Positions 26,760-39,358 are shown, numbered from the stretch's first letter. The stretch: DNA of 64,000 bases from Octopus sinensis (GCF_006345805.1 NC_043002.1:53382001-53446000); one strand, 5' to 3'. Program-made: numbers and translations. Notes: generated from the sequence alone by a model not told the origin.

Positions 26760-28137
26760 ATGGAAGGGACTGCCGCTTCCGTAATGGAAGGGACTGTTGG
26801 TTCCGTAATGGAAGGGACTGCCTAACGCAGGTCCTGCATCACTTTGAGGACATTTTGAGAGCTTTGGGAGAGGGCTCCAACACCGATGTCATCTACCTTG
26901 ATTTCAGTAAGGCCTTCGACAGGGTCGATCACAAGATCCTATTGAAAAAACTATCCAACATTGGTGTCTCTGGAAAGTTACTGAAATGGATTAAGTGTTT
27001 CCTGACAGACAGATCTCAACATGTTGTAGTTGAAGGGGTAAAATCAAGCCCAGCCAAAGTCAGTAGTGGCGTTCCGCAAGGCACTGTGCTGGGCCCACTT
27101 CTTTTCATCATTTACATTAATGACATTAATGACATCATCGAGCACAGCAACATAAAAATCTTTGCAGATGACTCCAAGCTACAGAAAAGGTCATAAATGA
27201 GGCGAGTGACCGGACATGCCTTCAGTCAGATCTACTGGCTGTTATCCAATGGGCAGAAAAAAAACAATATGCTGCTGAACGAGGATAAATTTGAGCTAAT
27301 CCACTTTGGAAAAAAGGATGCCCTGAAACTCCCATACTCCCTTCCTTCAGGTGAAACTCTCGCGGCGTCCAACAACATCAGAGACTTGGGAGTAATTGTG
27401 GACAACAACGTAAGCTGGCCACTCATATAAACACAAAGTTGACATGGCCCGCAGAATGTGTTCCTGGATTCTCAGAACTTTCCAGTCGAGAGATATCCAC
27501 ACCATTATCTTCTCTTCTCCACTTTTGCCCGACCCCACCTTGAATACTGTTGTCCACTGTGGTCTCCCCACACAATACAAGGTATCATAAAAGTTGAAGC
27601 ACCTCAAAGGGCAATCACAAAAAAGATAGATGCATGACAGGACCTCGACTATTGGGGTCGGCTAGAAAAGCTAAAACTCTATTCTCTCCAACGTCGTCGT
27701 GAGCGCTACATCATCTGCATGATGTGGAAAATATTCCATCAGCATTGCCCAAATGATGTTGGCATCACCTTTAAGGTACATCCAAGGCTTGGGCCCCGTG
27801 CCATCCGCCCAAAACAAAAATCGCACTCTCATCTCATAACAATAATACGGCACAATTATTTCACCTCAATTGGCCCCGCTCTCTTTAACAAACACCAAAA
27901 CACATTAAAACAGAAACTGACCCTATAGGGTTCAAGAAGTCTTTGGACAGATTCCTTCAAGAAATCCCGGATAAACCCCCTACACCTGGATATGTCTCTG
28001 TAAACAATAACTCTCTACTTGAGTGGGCCATAGTGCCCAAATTCTGACTTGAAAGACTTCACCAGGTGGTGCTATTAAGTTAGACATGGCCTGGGCCAAT
28101 AATGGCCGAAACTATCAAGTATCAAAGTATCAAAGTA
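26760..28137 (+). mobile_element. CR1/L2-group LINE, 5'-truncated; RT to 3' end with (TATCAAAG)n tail
   Basis: YLDFSKAFDRVDH, SGVPQGTVLGPLLF, KIFADDSKL, RDLGVIVDNN, RPHLEYCCPLWSP, YSLQRRRERY; frameshifted; ends tatcaag-tatcaaag-tatcaaag at 28113-28137. Confidence 0.93.
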
Positions 28138-28166
28138 GATATATATATATCATATATATATATATA

Positions 28167-28197
<31 letters not shown>

Positions 28198-28650
28198 CTG
28201 TGGCGTGCCACGTACCCGTGCGCGTGTATGTTCACACCATAAATCGAATAAGGATCGTTAATTCGAGGAAATATTCATCGCAGTTGATATATACAATTCT
28301 AGATAGTAATAGCAATTCGAACTCGAGCATTATAGTCTAAATACTTCAAAATCACTACTCCAAAACGATATCGAATCCTTTTGATAAAGGCACGTAGAAG
28401 AATAACTGTTATACCTTCGGATACCTGGTAGTCTGTAGAGTAAGTAATCGTAAGACATTTATAGTACAGATCACGAAACCAAATAGTTGATGGTTACTTT
28501 TAATAGGTTTCTATAAGAAGCAGATGCTGTCTCCGTTTTGATTTTGTTTGTATTGCAGCTGTGATATGGTTGTTTGAAGTTTTATATCTAGAATGATGTA
28601 TATTGTCTTTTATATTTTATTCGAATTATGATGTAGACATAGATATAAGC

Positions 28651-28726
<76 letters not shown>

Positions 28727-28796
28727 ATATGTGTGTGTGTGTGTGTGTGATTGTGCATGTGCGTGTGTGCATGTGTGTGCTTGTGTGTGTAAGTGA

Positions 28797-28830
<34 letters not shown>

Positions 28831-28831
28831 C

Positions 28832-28876
<45 letters not shown>

Positions 28877-28926
28877 ATACATATATATACATATATATAT
28901 ATACATATATATATATACATATATAT

Positions 28927-29010
<84 letters not shown>
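28651..29010. repeat. Compound (CT)n/(TA)n/(TG)n/(CA)n microsatellite
   Basis: Directly visible. Confidence 0.95.
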
Positions 29011-29015
<5 letters not shown>

Positions 29016-29580
29016 AAACAGAAAATGGAGATGCAATGGATAACAATTGATTTACATCAATTATCATTTATTAATAAGTGACAAAAAGACATAATCTCGA
29101 CTTACAGCTGTTTCAGTTAACATGATTGTCAGTTCTAGTTGCCACAATAATAGTAATGATAGTTATCATTGTAAGCAATTATTTATACCAAATTGAATCA
29201 CGAAACTTCATTAGAGCGAAAAAATAAATAAAATATAAGTAAAAAGAAAAAGAAGAAAAAGGAGAAAGTGAGAAAGGTTGTAATCAATTGGTGCTACATG
29301 CTGAACCACTGTGAAACCTTCGATCGACAGAAGACTTCTTGCTCATTACCTCGCATTCGACCCGGGGTTATAAATAGAGAAGAAATTTAGAGTCGATTGT
29401 AGTTATTTGACATCTACTTCAAGCGTATAGGCGCTGGCATTCCAGCGCCCTTCAAATAAAAAATATATACACACACACAAACACACATATACATACACAC
29501 ACATATATATAAATATATACACAAACACATATATAATATACATATATATACATTTTTATACATGTATATACGTGTATATA

Positions 29581-29621
<41 letters not shown>

Positions 29622-29638
29622 ATATATATATATTATAT

Positions 29639-29672
<34 letters not shown>

Positions 29673-31454
29673 ATCATATGTATACTTATATGTATGTACG
29701 TATGACTGAGTATACATAAAGTATATATTTTATGTGTCTATATAAATGTGTTATGAATAAATATCAAATCTGATTACGTATTGCAAATCTATATGATCGA
29801 TTAAAACACAGTGAAATTGTTGCCCCAGCATGACCGCATGGCATGACAGAAACCAATGAAACAAAACTAGAACAGGAATATTTACCTTCTAATCATAGTA
29901 GCATGTCGACAGTGATTTTATTTTCTTAAGAATATATACTCTCAGTACGGTACATTATATATTCTTATTTGTTGAATTATGTATTTTAATTCATTTAGTA
30001 TATGTATACTTATTCCGTTGGCTTACAGGTTTTTATTCTCTTGTTTTATATACCGTTCTTCCGTTGAACGTATTCATATTCTGTTGCAGTATTTAATGTT
30101 ATGTATGTTGTTTTTTCTGCTGGTTCATGCATTCTTTTTCCATTGTTGCATATGTTACCCTTCTATTATGTATTTGAATCCTGATGCTGTATGAATTCTT
30201 ATCCTTTTATTCTATATCCTATATGTTTTAATTCTGTTATTTGATGTGTATGTTACATTTTCCGTTGTATTACACATTCTTGATATATCTCTTTAAAAGC
30301 GTCTTTGATATAAATCTATGTATGCCATTGTATAGTATGTAGAACGTAAGTGGTAAGCTCTCCGTAAACCAATTCTTGATTATCGATTACTCTATTAAGG
30401 CCGCAGAAAAAATTTATTCATTGCTTCGCTGAAATAAACAATTTTTCTTTTAACATTTTATATTGTAGCAGTCTGTAAAAAAATTGGATGCTAATGGCGT
30501 TCATGACATTGTCTTGTTCTATAGCAATATCAGATAACATCAACTGCTGAATTTGCAAGCATAAAATGGATGAGGTCAGGTAATGTCAGTTTTGTTGTTG
30601 GAGACAATCACCTCTAAAAAGAAGTAAACGATATCTGTAAAACTTGCATCCTTAAGTTTTTATTTATTCATTGTCATAGAGCGAAGCAAAGATGTTTCTT
30701 GTTTTGGATAAAACGGCACTCCGCTTTCTTACAATGCTACACGGTCAAGTTACTTACGATAAACAAATAGATCAAGTTAAAAAATCAGTTCTTTGATGTA
30801 GATAGAATGGTTTCTCAAATAATGAAACTCACAAAGTAGTTACCAGCTTTGCTACCCTTTGCTTGCACCACTTGCAGTAATGACTTCTGTGTGCAATGCA
30901 TCGCTCCGTTTTAATGTCACAAATGTCATTTTGTAGTCTTGGATCATCTTTACATTACCCCAACTCTACCTAAGTATTTCGACTTACCTTTGACTTATCT
31001 CTCGTATGTCGATCCTCCGTAAGGCCAAAAAAAACAATATCATCTAATTTCAATGGTGACAGATCCAGTGCTAAGCCTACAACCAAATTCTTCTCTTTGA
31101 AAGGGAAACACAAATCTCTGGATTTCCTAACTACCATCTTTCTTCGAGCATGCATCACCTTCAAACGTTCAAACTATACACCAACTACATCAGTTACACC
31201 AGTATAAGAAAGCCTGCAAAAATTATTGTTTGTGGTTCACTTCGTTTCATCAACTTTAAACAAAAATTAAAGCAAAAGCTTTGTTTGCAGCCGTGACTAC
31301 CTCATATTTCAAACTTCTGAAATTTTAAACAGAAACATTCTGGTTGTTATCACAACATAGTTGCGACCTGTCTCAGGGCTGAAAATCTGAAGGTTTCAAA
31401 CAGAAAATGGTATAATTTTACATGTAATGAGGTGCATGACAAGAAAATCATATA

Positions 31455-31991
31455 CGAGGGGCGTTCAGTAAGTAATGGCTCTGACCCACTTGTAGTTGTT
31501 TGATCTAGCTAACATTTTGCATATGCAATTATTTATATTTCTATAGATTAAGTGGCAAATTACAGCTCTGAACTAATTGTAGTTTCTGATTTACAGGTGT
31601 TTGAACTGAGTCAAGTGTGAAATGGAGCCTGTTGAGTGTCGAGCAGTGATCCGGTTTTTGTATTTGAAAGGACGCACACCACGGAAGACTTTTGATGAAA
31701 TGAAAGTAACTTATGGTGATGATGCCCCATCATATGACCTTGTAAAACGATGGCATCGTGAATTCAAACATGGTCGGAACTCTGTGGAAACAGCTCGCAG
31801 ATCTCGTCGCGCCCCTTCTGCCATTGATGGGGTCTTCTACAAAAACGGTCTCCAGAGCTGCATCAAACGATAGGAGAAATGCGTAACTCTGGGTGGTTCC
31901 TATGTAGAAAAAGACTAATAAATGTGCCAAGTTTCGTTGCTCTACTGCTACGGGAAGTGGGTCTGAGGCATTACTTATTGAACGCCCCTCG
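31455..31991 (+). mobile_element. 537-bp non-autonomous mariner (internal deletion) with near-perfect TIRs and TA TSD
   Basis: TA|CGAGGGGCGTTCAGTAAGTAATGGCTCTGACCCACTT ... AAGTGGGTCTGAGGCATTACTTATTGAACGCCCCTCG|TA. ORF 31622-31873 holds the N-terminal HTH (RAVIRFLYLKG, GDDAPSYDLVKRWHREFK) fused to the C-terminus (FYKNGLQSCIKR*EKCV..GGSYVEKD). Confidence 0.93.
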
Positions 31992-32949
31992 TAAATTTAC
32001 AGATGATATTAGGGAACATTTCTCATAAAACGTATTTCATCAAATATCATTAACAGAAGTATTATTTTTTACCATTTTTACATAGATTGACAAGTTTAGA
32101 AGTGAATACGTTTGATTGCACGAACTTCAACTGATTATTGATTTTTGTTTATTTTTAACCAGTTAAAACTCTAATGAGATACAAAATTAGAACTTTAAAA
32201 CAAATCGAATATTTGAAAGTTGCACATATTTGGTAGATGATAGGGTGTCGAGAGTAAAAAATATTGCTTCCTGGAGGAAGCAGATAAAAAAATCTACTGT
32301 TGTTATTGTTGTTATTTAATACCAAAGACTAACAGATCCAATGCTAAGCATACAACCAAATTCTTCCTCTCTAGAAACATGAATCTGTGGATCTACCAAT
32401 TATGCACTAACCGCATAAATTGTACAAACACAGGAAAACCTGCAAAAATTACTGGTTGTGCTTCATTTCTTTCCATTAACTTTAAACAAATATCGGCCTT
32501 GACTGAGCAAAGTTTTCAGCAATAACATTTCAGCCGTGGCCAGCTCAGATTTTTATCCTTGGTGTATCGAACCTAGACGTTTAACTTTTTATACTGTGTT
32601 AGTCTATAAAAAATATCACACTAAATGCATTCAAATTATCGACTTATTCTATAGTGATATCGTGTAATATTCATTGTTATATCTCCTAATATCAAATGGA
32701 TGGGATCAGAAAATATTTTCATTACTGTTGGAGAGAAACAAGAATCACGAGCTTCGAAAATGGCATCATTAATCATCCGTTTTAAAAATTAGTGGGGTGC
32801 GATTTGAAGGAGATTTGATTAATATCTATATCAGGCCGAGCAACCATGTTGAGGCTCTCTATTTGGATCATATAATTTCACACTGTAAAGATCCTTTACA
32901 TTTTCATTATTGATTCGTGATAATATGTATTATTAATCAGTCTTTACAC

Positions 32950-33102
32950 TCTAAGTTCAAATTCTGCCGAGATCGACTTTGCCTTTCATCTTTCGGGGTC
33001 GATAAATTAAGTACCAGTTGCATACTGGGGTCGCTCTAATTGACGGGCCCCTTCTCCCCAAAATTCGGGCCTTGTGCCTAGAGTAGAAAAGAATATATAT
33101 TA
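32950..33102 (+). mobile_element. SINE family B, 3' part
   Basis: aagttcaaattctgccgagatcgactttgcc...gggccttgtgcctagagtagaaaagaatatatattatt. Confidence 0.85.
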
Positions 33103-34249
33103 TTAAGTTTGAATATCTTTCGTCGTACATGTACGACCAAGTCATCAACATTTTACTTCACCGAATCTTAAAAGTCAGTCGAGGCTTTGTGAATTACTTG
33201 TTTTGTTGCTTTTCTCACAATCTCTTTTCTCTTTTTCAGTCTCTTTTTCATTGTATCTCCCCCTTTACCTCTCCCCATTTTTTTCCTTTCATTACCTCTC
33301 TCATGTCCGTTTATATTTTCATATTTATAGCCAAAGAGAGGGATATATATTATTTCGTCCTGGTACTGTACATTATTTATATAACCTTTACTCTATCATT
33401 CGATTACATTTTAGATATCTCTGTACCAATGGTTATGGTTCCAGTGATGTTACGGTTTATGGCTTTGTTCCGGAATTGGTGAAATGGTGAGAGGTTCAAC
33501 GGGTAGCTCTTTGATCACTCACATTTCTTTGCCTTTTATATTTGCCGTTGGGCTAAGGTAACGAAGAAAATAGCAGTAACAAAATACAACATAAATAAGA
33601 AAAAATAAAAATAAAAATAAAACAAATAAAAGCCAGGAATCCCATCAAAGAGCCGTGCATTCTATTACGATCCGTCCATTTGTAGAAGTTCATAAACTAG
33701 CATCGTAGACTATGAATTTGCTCAGGCGGACATGTGCCTTTGAAACACTTAGAACCATTCCGAAGAAAATATTGTTGTAGAGGTCGTTGTCGATCTTTCG
33801 GTGAAACCTAAAGGAAACTATGTTTGTTTTGGTTATTTTTGTGTTCGAATCTCGCTGAGGACAACTCTGCTTTGCATTCTTCCAGGATCGATAAAATAAA
33901 GAACCAGTCAAATACTAGGGTCGATGATATGCACATAAGGAGCTATTTTGTTTCTATATGTCGGCTAATGTGTAAGGTTTATGTGATAATGCAATGACTG
34001 CTAATACAATGACAGTGTGGCTTAAACAGAAACCATTTTAAAGAATAAATTATTGACTTTTAATATTAGAACAAGATGAACAAGACCACAGCTAACTATT
34101 TAGGGAAACTATTAATTCAAAAACTTGACATTGGTATCCTATATGATTGAGTAATTTTATCAAATGTGACTTGAAGCAAGGTACGATGGGTAGATGATAA
34201 ATTATTATAGAAATAGTGTAGATTCTCACAGCTATTAAAAATTCGGCCT

Positions 34250-34570
34250 TTTATCCTGTTGGATTCGATGAAATAAGTACCAGTTGAGTACTGGGGTCGA
34301 TGTAATAGACTTGCATCCTCCCTCAAAATTTCAAACCTTGTGTCAATATATTTGAAACAAGGCGGCGAGCTGGGAAAATCGTCAGCAGGCCGGACGAAAT
34401 TCTTAGCGACATTTCGTCCCTCTTAACGTTTTTAGTTCAAATTCTGTCAAAGTCGACTTATCATTTCATCCTTTCGGAGTCTATACAAGTACCAGTCAAT
34501 CATTTGGGTCGATGCAATCGACTTACTCTCTCTTCCGAAATTGCTGGCCTTGTGCCAAAATTTGGAACCA
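34250..34570 (+). mobile_element. Two tandem SINE family B copies
   Basis: 3' core at 34250-34355, then head aaggcggcgagctgggaaaatcg to ggccttgtgccaaaatttggaacc. Confidence 0.8.
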
Positions 34571-34894
34571 ATATATCTGCTTACATATATATAGACTGAT
34601 ATATTTTGTAAGAGGTTTTACATTCAACGGAGTAAACAACATAAGGAGCTATTTCGTTTCTATATGTCGGCTGATGTGTAAGGTTTGCGTGATAATGCAA
34701 TAACAGCATAAAGTAATTTGTGATAAAAAAAAAGTGAAAAATAAAAACAAAACAAAACAAACAAAAAAAAACCCAGTTAATTGCAGGCTGGCATATATAC
34801 ACATAGAAAGGAAATAATTAATTCTACATCCTGCCTTCGATCCTGTTAAATGAAACATTAGAAATGAGAAGTTATCAGATTTTTTTGTCCTCAG

Positions 34895-34986
34895 ATCATC
34901 ATCATCATCATCATCATCTTCTTCTTCTTCTTCTTCTTCTTCTTCTTCTTCTTCTTCTTCTTCTTCTTCTTCTTCTTCTTCTTCTT

Positions 34987-35017
<31 letters not shown>

Positions 35018-35032
35018 TTCTTCTTCTTCTTC

Positions 35033-35072
<40 letters not shown>

Positions 35073-35241
35073 CAAAAACTTTTTTTTGATACAGGATGAA
35101 ATAATTACAAATAATCAGTATATTTCAACAAGGGATATATATCTCAGAATAGGATGATAGAGAACATATAATAGTGTGTGTTTTTTTGAGTTTTTACATA
35201 TTTAAGACAAAGTTTTCTAGCTGTTGTTGCTGCTGCTGCTG

Positions 35242-35292
<51 letters not shown>

Positions 35293-35318
35293 TACTACTA
35301 CTACTACTACTACTACTA

Positions 35319-35350
<32 letters not shown>

Positions 35351-35420
35351 TTGATTGTGCTGCTGCAGCTGCTGCTGTTACCGTTGTTGATTTCTATGTT
35401 GTTCTTGTTGTTGTTTAGCA
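34895..35420. repeat. Trinucleotide arrays (CAT)(CTT)n(ATT)n and (GCT)(ACT)n
   Basis: Directly visible; source of poly-L/I/Y pseudo-ORFs. Confidence 0.95.
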
Positions 35421-35617
35421 CTGGATCAGTCTTGACCGTGTAGGCCTTTGATTAAAGACGTTCAATTTGGGAACCATCCCATCTTTTATTCAAACACAAT
35501 GCACCTAAATATCTTAAATTTTTTGTTCTTGCTGTCGAACATCATGTCAGCCCAAATCTCATTGTCAAAGGTATTCTGACGATGTTCTTTTTAAAATTTA
35601 ACTTAAATTATTCTTTT

Positions 35618-36008
35618 ATCCTTTTACTTGTTTCAATCAGTTGACTGCGGCCATGCTGGTGCACCGCATTAAAGGGGATTTTAGTTGACAAGATCGACCC
35701 CAGGTCTTATTCTTTGTAAGCTTAGTACTTATTCTAGCGGTCTCTTTTATCGAACTGCTAAGTTACGGAGACATAAACACTCTAAAATCGATTATCAAGC
35801 GATGGTGGAGGGACACACATACGCATATATATATATATATATATACGACGGATTTCTTTCAGTTTACGTCTACCAAATCCACTCACAACGATTTGGTCTG
35901 CCCAGAGCTATAGTAGAAGTCACTTGCCCAAAGTGCCACGCAGTGGGACTGAACCGGGAACCATGTGGTTAGGAAGCAAGCTTCTTACCACACAGTCACG
36001 CCTGCGCC
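35618..36008 (-). mobile_element. SINE family A, full length
   Basis: cagttgactgcggccatgctggtgcaccgc...gggactgaaccgggaacc...cacacagtcacgcctgcgcc. Confidence 0.9.
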
Positions 36009-36034
36009 AATATTAATGTATCCTTTGAATTACT

Positions 36035-36372
36035 AGGGTAAGAAGCTTGTTTCCCAACCACATTGCTCCGACCAAAGCCTTGTAAGTGGATGTAGAAGAC
36101 GGAAACTGAAAGAAACCCATTGTGTATACACACATATATATATATAGTTTTGTGTGAATGTCTGTGTATCTATGTGTGTGTGTGTGCCTTTGTGTCTGTG
36201 TTTGTCCCCAATCATCGCTTGACAACCGGTGTTGGTGTGTTTACGTCCTCGCAAGTTAGCGGTTCGGTAAAAGACCGAGAGAATAAGAATTACTCGACAA
36301 AAAATACTTCAAGGCGGTGCTCCAGCATGGTCGCTGTCTAATGAATGAAACAAGTAAAAGAATAAAAAGAAT
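36035..36372 (+). mobile_element. SINE family A with internal deletion
   Basis: gggtaagaagcttgtttcccaacc...aaggcggtgctccagcatggtcgc...gaaacaagtaaaagaataaaaagaa. Confidence 0.85.
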
Positions 36373-37106
36373 AAATAGTACGGCCACGTGAAATTTAGCA
36401 CGTTGCCCTGGCACGGATGTGAAGATACGCGAAACAATAGAGTGCTGGAATAATTTAATAGAATCATTTTCATGGTTTCTTTTTTTTTCAGTTCAGTTCT
36501 GAGTTTCCACCATGCTGTGATTAATTTTTGGCTTTTATTACTCATATGTCGATAAAATAAGTAGAACTATCAAGGAGAGTGTTGAAACCAATCACACACC
36601 TTTCCTTTCAATAAAGTTATTGGCGTCTATACAACGAATCATAATTATAGATGATATAAGAACAATGGAATGACTGAAACAGTGCAGGGTTGTGTTAAAT
36701 GCTTGTTTTTTTTTTTCGTGACACTTCTTGACTTCCTGAATTCAAATCCTGCAAAGTTTGCCTTTCATGTTTCATCTTTCACCTTTCTGACGTTATTGAC
36801 GTTATTTGTACCATTCAAAATTTTGGAACTGATTCAAATAACTCCGATTGGTTTTATGTTGTTGAAATGAAAATGATCGATTTTAAAGATCTCCACATGG
36901 TCACTTATTTGCAAGAAAGGGTTTGTCGATTAAATGAACCGCAGTACTTGACTAATACTTTTCTTTATAGACACCTAAATGACGGAAGGAAAAGTTGACC
37001 GGAACTGGATTTGAATTAGTACATAAAAATCTGTAGCTAAACACTGCTAGACATTTTGTCCGGCTCTTCTAATCTCCTGGCTGTATGTAAAGTAAGTAAC
37101 TAATAC

Positions 37107-37748
37107 TGCTTTCAAATTTTGGCGCAAGGTGAAGCTGGGGGAGGAGGAAAATTGATTATATCAATCCCAGGGCTCAACAGATACTTATTTTATCGACTCC
37201 AAAATAATTAAAGAGGAAAAGTCGACCTCGACGGAATTTGAACTAAACATGCAAAACGGACGAAAGGCCGCGAAGCATTTTGCCCAGCGTGCTAACGATT
37301 CTTATTTCTTTACTGCCTACAAGGGGCTACACACAGAGGGGACAAACAAGGACAGACAAACGGATTAAGTCGATTATATCGACCCCAGTGCGTAACTGGT
37401 ACTTATTTAATCGGCCCTGAAAGGCTAAAAGGTAAAGTCGACCTCGGCGGAATTTGAACTCAGAGCGTAGCGGCAGACGAAATACCAATTTCTTTACTAC
37501 CCACAAGGGGCTAAACACAGAGAGGACAAACAAGGGCAGACAAACCGATGAAGTCGATTATATCGACCCCAGTGCGTAACTGGTGCTTAATTTATCGACC
37601 AGTGCGTAACTGGTACTTATTTAACCGACCCCGAAAGGATGAAAGGCAAAGTCGACCTCGGAGGAATTTGGACTCAGAACGTAACGGCAGACGAAATACG
37701 GCTACGCATTTCGCCCGGTGTGCTAACGATTCTGCCAGCTCGGCGACG
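37107..37748 (-). mobile_element. Nested array of three SINE family B units
   Basis: Units 37487-37748 (with head) and 37303-37486 (5'-truncated) carry the ccccttgtgggtagtaaagaaat tail; an older copy lies at 37107-37302. Confidence 0.88.
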
Positions 37749-37774
37749 TAATGTGAATAATATTGATTATTAGT

Positions 37775-38140
37775 ATTTGGTACAATGCATTGGTGTGAAC
37801 GCCTCCTTCTAACACTGACTACGAAGAAGCCGGATATGACAATACATTGTGAGGAACGTAAAATAGTACACCTTGTTCAATTAGCTAGTTCATATGACGA
37901 CAAAACAGATACCTCTAAGATTAGGAAAGACGATCGTTATGAAACACTACTGGAAAATTCTAAAGATGCCGGTTGGATTGCATGACACTTTCCTGTAGAA
38001 GTTGGATGTAGGGGTTTTATTGGAAGCAGACTGAGACGATGGGTGTTATAAATTAGCGTCAAGCATCGTCAAGAAAACGGCATCTTGAAAGAGATCCAGA
38101 CGATAGGTGAGAGAAGCAGCCTAAGATACGGCTGGTGACT
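37775..38140 (+). mobile_element. RLE endonuclease C-terminus of an early-branching non-LTR retrotransposon (HERO-like)
   Basis: KKPDMTIHCEERKIVHLVQL...RKDDRYETL...GW..*HFPVEVGCRGF, matching the PD-(D/E)xK RLE pattern PD..EL..RK..KY..GW..PVEVGCRGF. Confidence 0.75.
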
Positions 38141-38221
38141 TGATTATCCCAAAATGGACTTGAGTTCGAAAACTAGTTGGTCGAACTAGTAGGTGGGACT
38201 TCGCATCAACTGTCCCCTTAC

Positions 38222-38339
38222 TTTTTACTCTTTTAATCTTTTACTTGTTTCAGTCATTTGACTGCGGCTTTAGTCGAGGACGTAAACACACCAGCATCGG
38301 TTGTCAAGCGATGTTGGGGGGTCAAACACAGACACACAA

Positions 38340-38403
<64 letters not shown>

Positions 38404-38578
38404 GCATATACATATATACGACGGGCTTCTTTCAGTTTCCGTCCCCCAAATCCACTCACAAGGCATTGGTCGGCCCGAGGCTATAGTAGAAGACACTTGC
38501 CCAAGGTGCCACGCAGTGAGACTGAACCCTGAACCATGTGGTTGGTAAGCAACCTACTTACCACACAGACACTCCTAT
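38222..38578 (-). mobile_element. SINE family A with internal deletion
   Basis: cagtcatttgactgcggc...acgacgggcttctttcagtttccg...accacacagacactcct. Confidence 0.9.
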
Positions 38579-39189
38579 ATATGATAATGGTATAAATATT
38601 GACTTTAATACTTGTGTTTAGTTTAGGCGAAAGGTCAGTAAATTTGAGAGGAGGGATGATGACGATTACATCGATATTCGGTATTTGATTGGTACTTTGT
38701 TTTATGATCCTCGAAAGTAAAAAATAATTTTGAGCCCGAGAGTGGGATTGAACTCAGAATGTAAAGAACTGGAAGAAATACAGTAAAGCTTTAATGAATG
38801 AGGCTCTCCCTTTGTTCTCAATGCTATCCACTATATCACTTTACCAAAGATATTAATAAAATTATATATTCTATGTATTCAACCTTAAACTGTTTTTTCT
38901 AAACTGCTTCAGGGCTTTGGAGTAACACATTTGCATACAAACCCCACTTCAATTGCACAGATACACCTCGATTATTTCCACCTCCGTACTTGACAGACAC
39001 AGGTTATCTACCCTGAAAAAATGAAACCACCATTGATTTCACTTCCAGGGATCAAGTTAAGAAAATTCAAACCGGTAATCGAAACTAGGGACTTGTGTGT
39101 TGTTCACCAGAATATGGCGGATCAGTTTTCCCCCCACTAGCCGCTCAATATAAAGCAGTGAGAATGGCAACATAGCAATGAAATTAAGA

Positions 39190-39358
39190 GATATTGACGA
39201 TCATGATGATGACGACGACGACGTCGACGATGACAACGACGACAACAACGATGATGACAGCGACGACGACGACGACAACAATGATGGTGATGATGATGAT
39301 GATGATAATGATGATGATGATGATGTCTATGATGATAATGACGAAGATGACGATGGCT
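39190..39358. repeat. (GAT/GAC/AAC)n microsatellite
   Basis: Directly visible; gives a poly-Asp pseudo-ORF. Confidence 0.9.

Noticed and set aside
26760-26830. Short regularly spaced repeats here and at 22843 and 46825 as CRISPR-like arrays
   Set aside because: Eukaryotic context, tandem units without unique spacers, and no cas genes.
30400-30950. Possible hAT transposase remnants on the minus strand (LSDIAIEQD)
   Set aside because: Only a few residues resemble the dimerisation motif; other expected motifs could not be aligned.
30962-31035. 27-nt minus-strand micro-exon ending at a GTAAGT donor
   Set aside because: The acceptor would be a rare GAG and the segment lies beside repeat-derived sequence.
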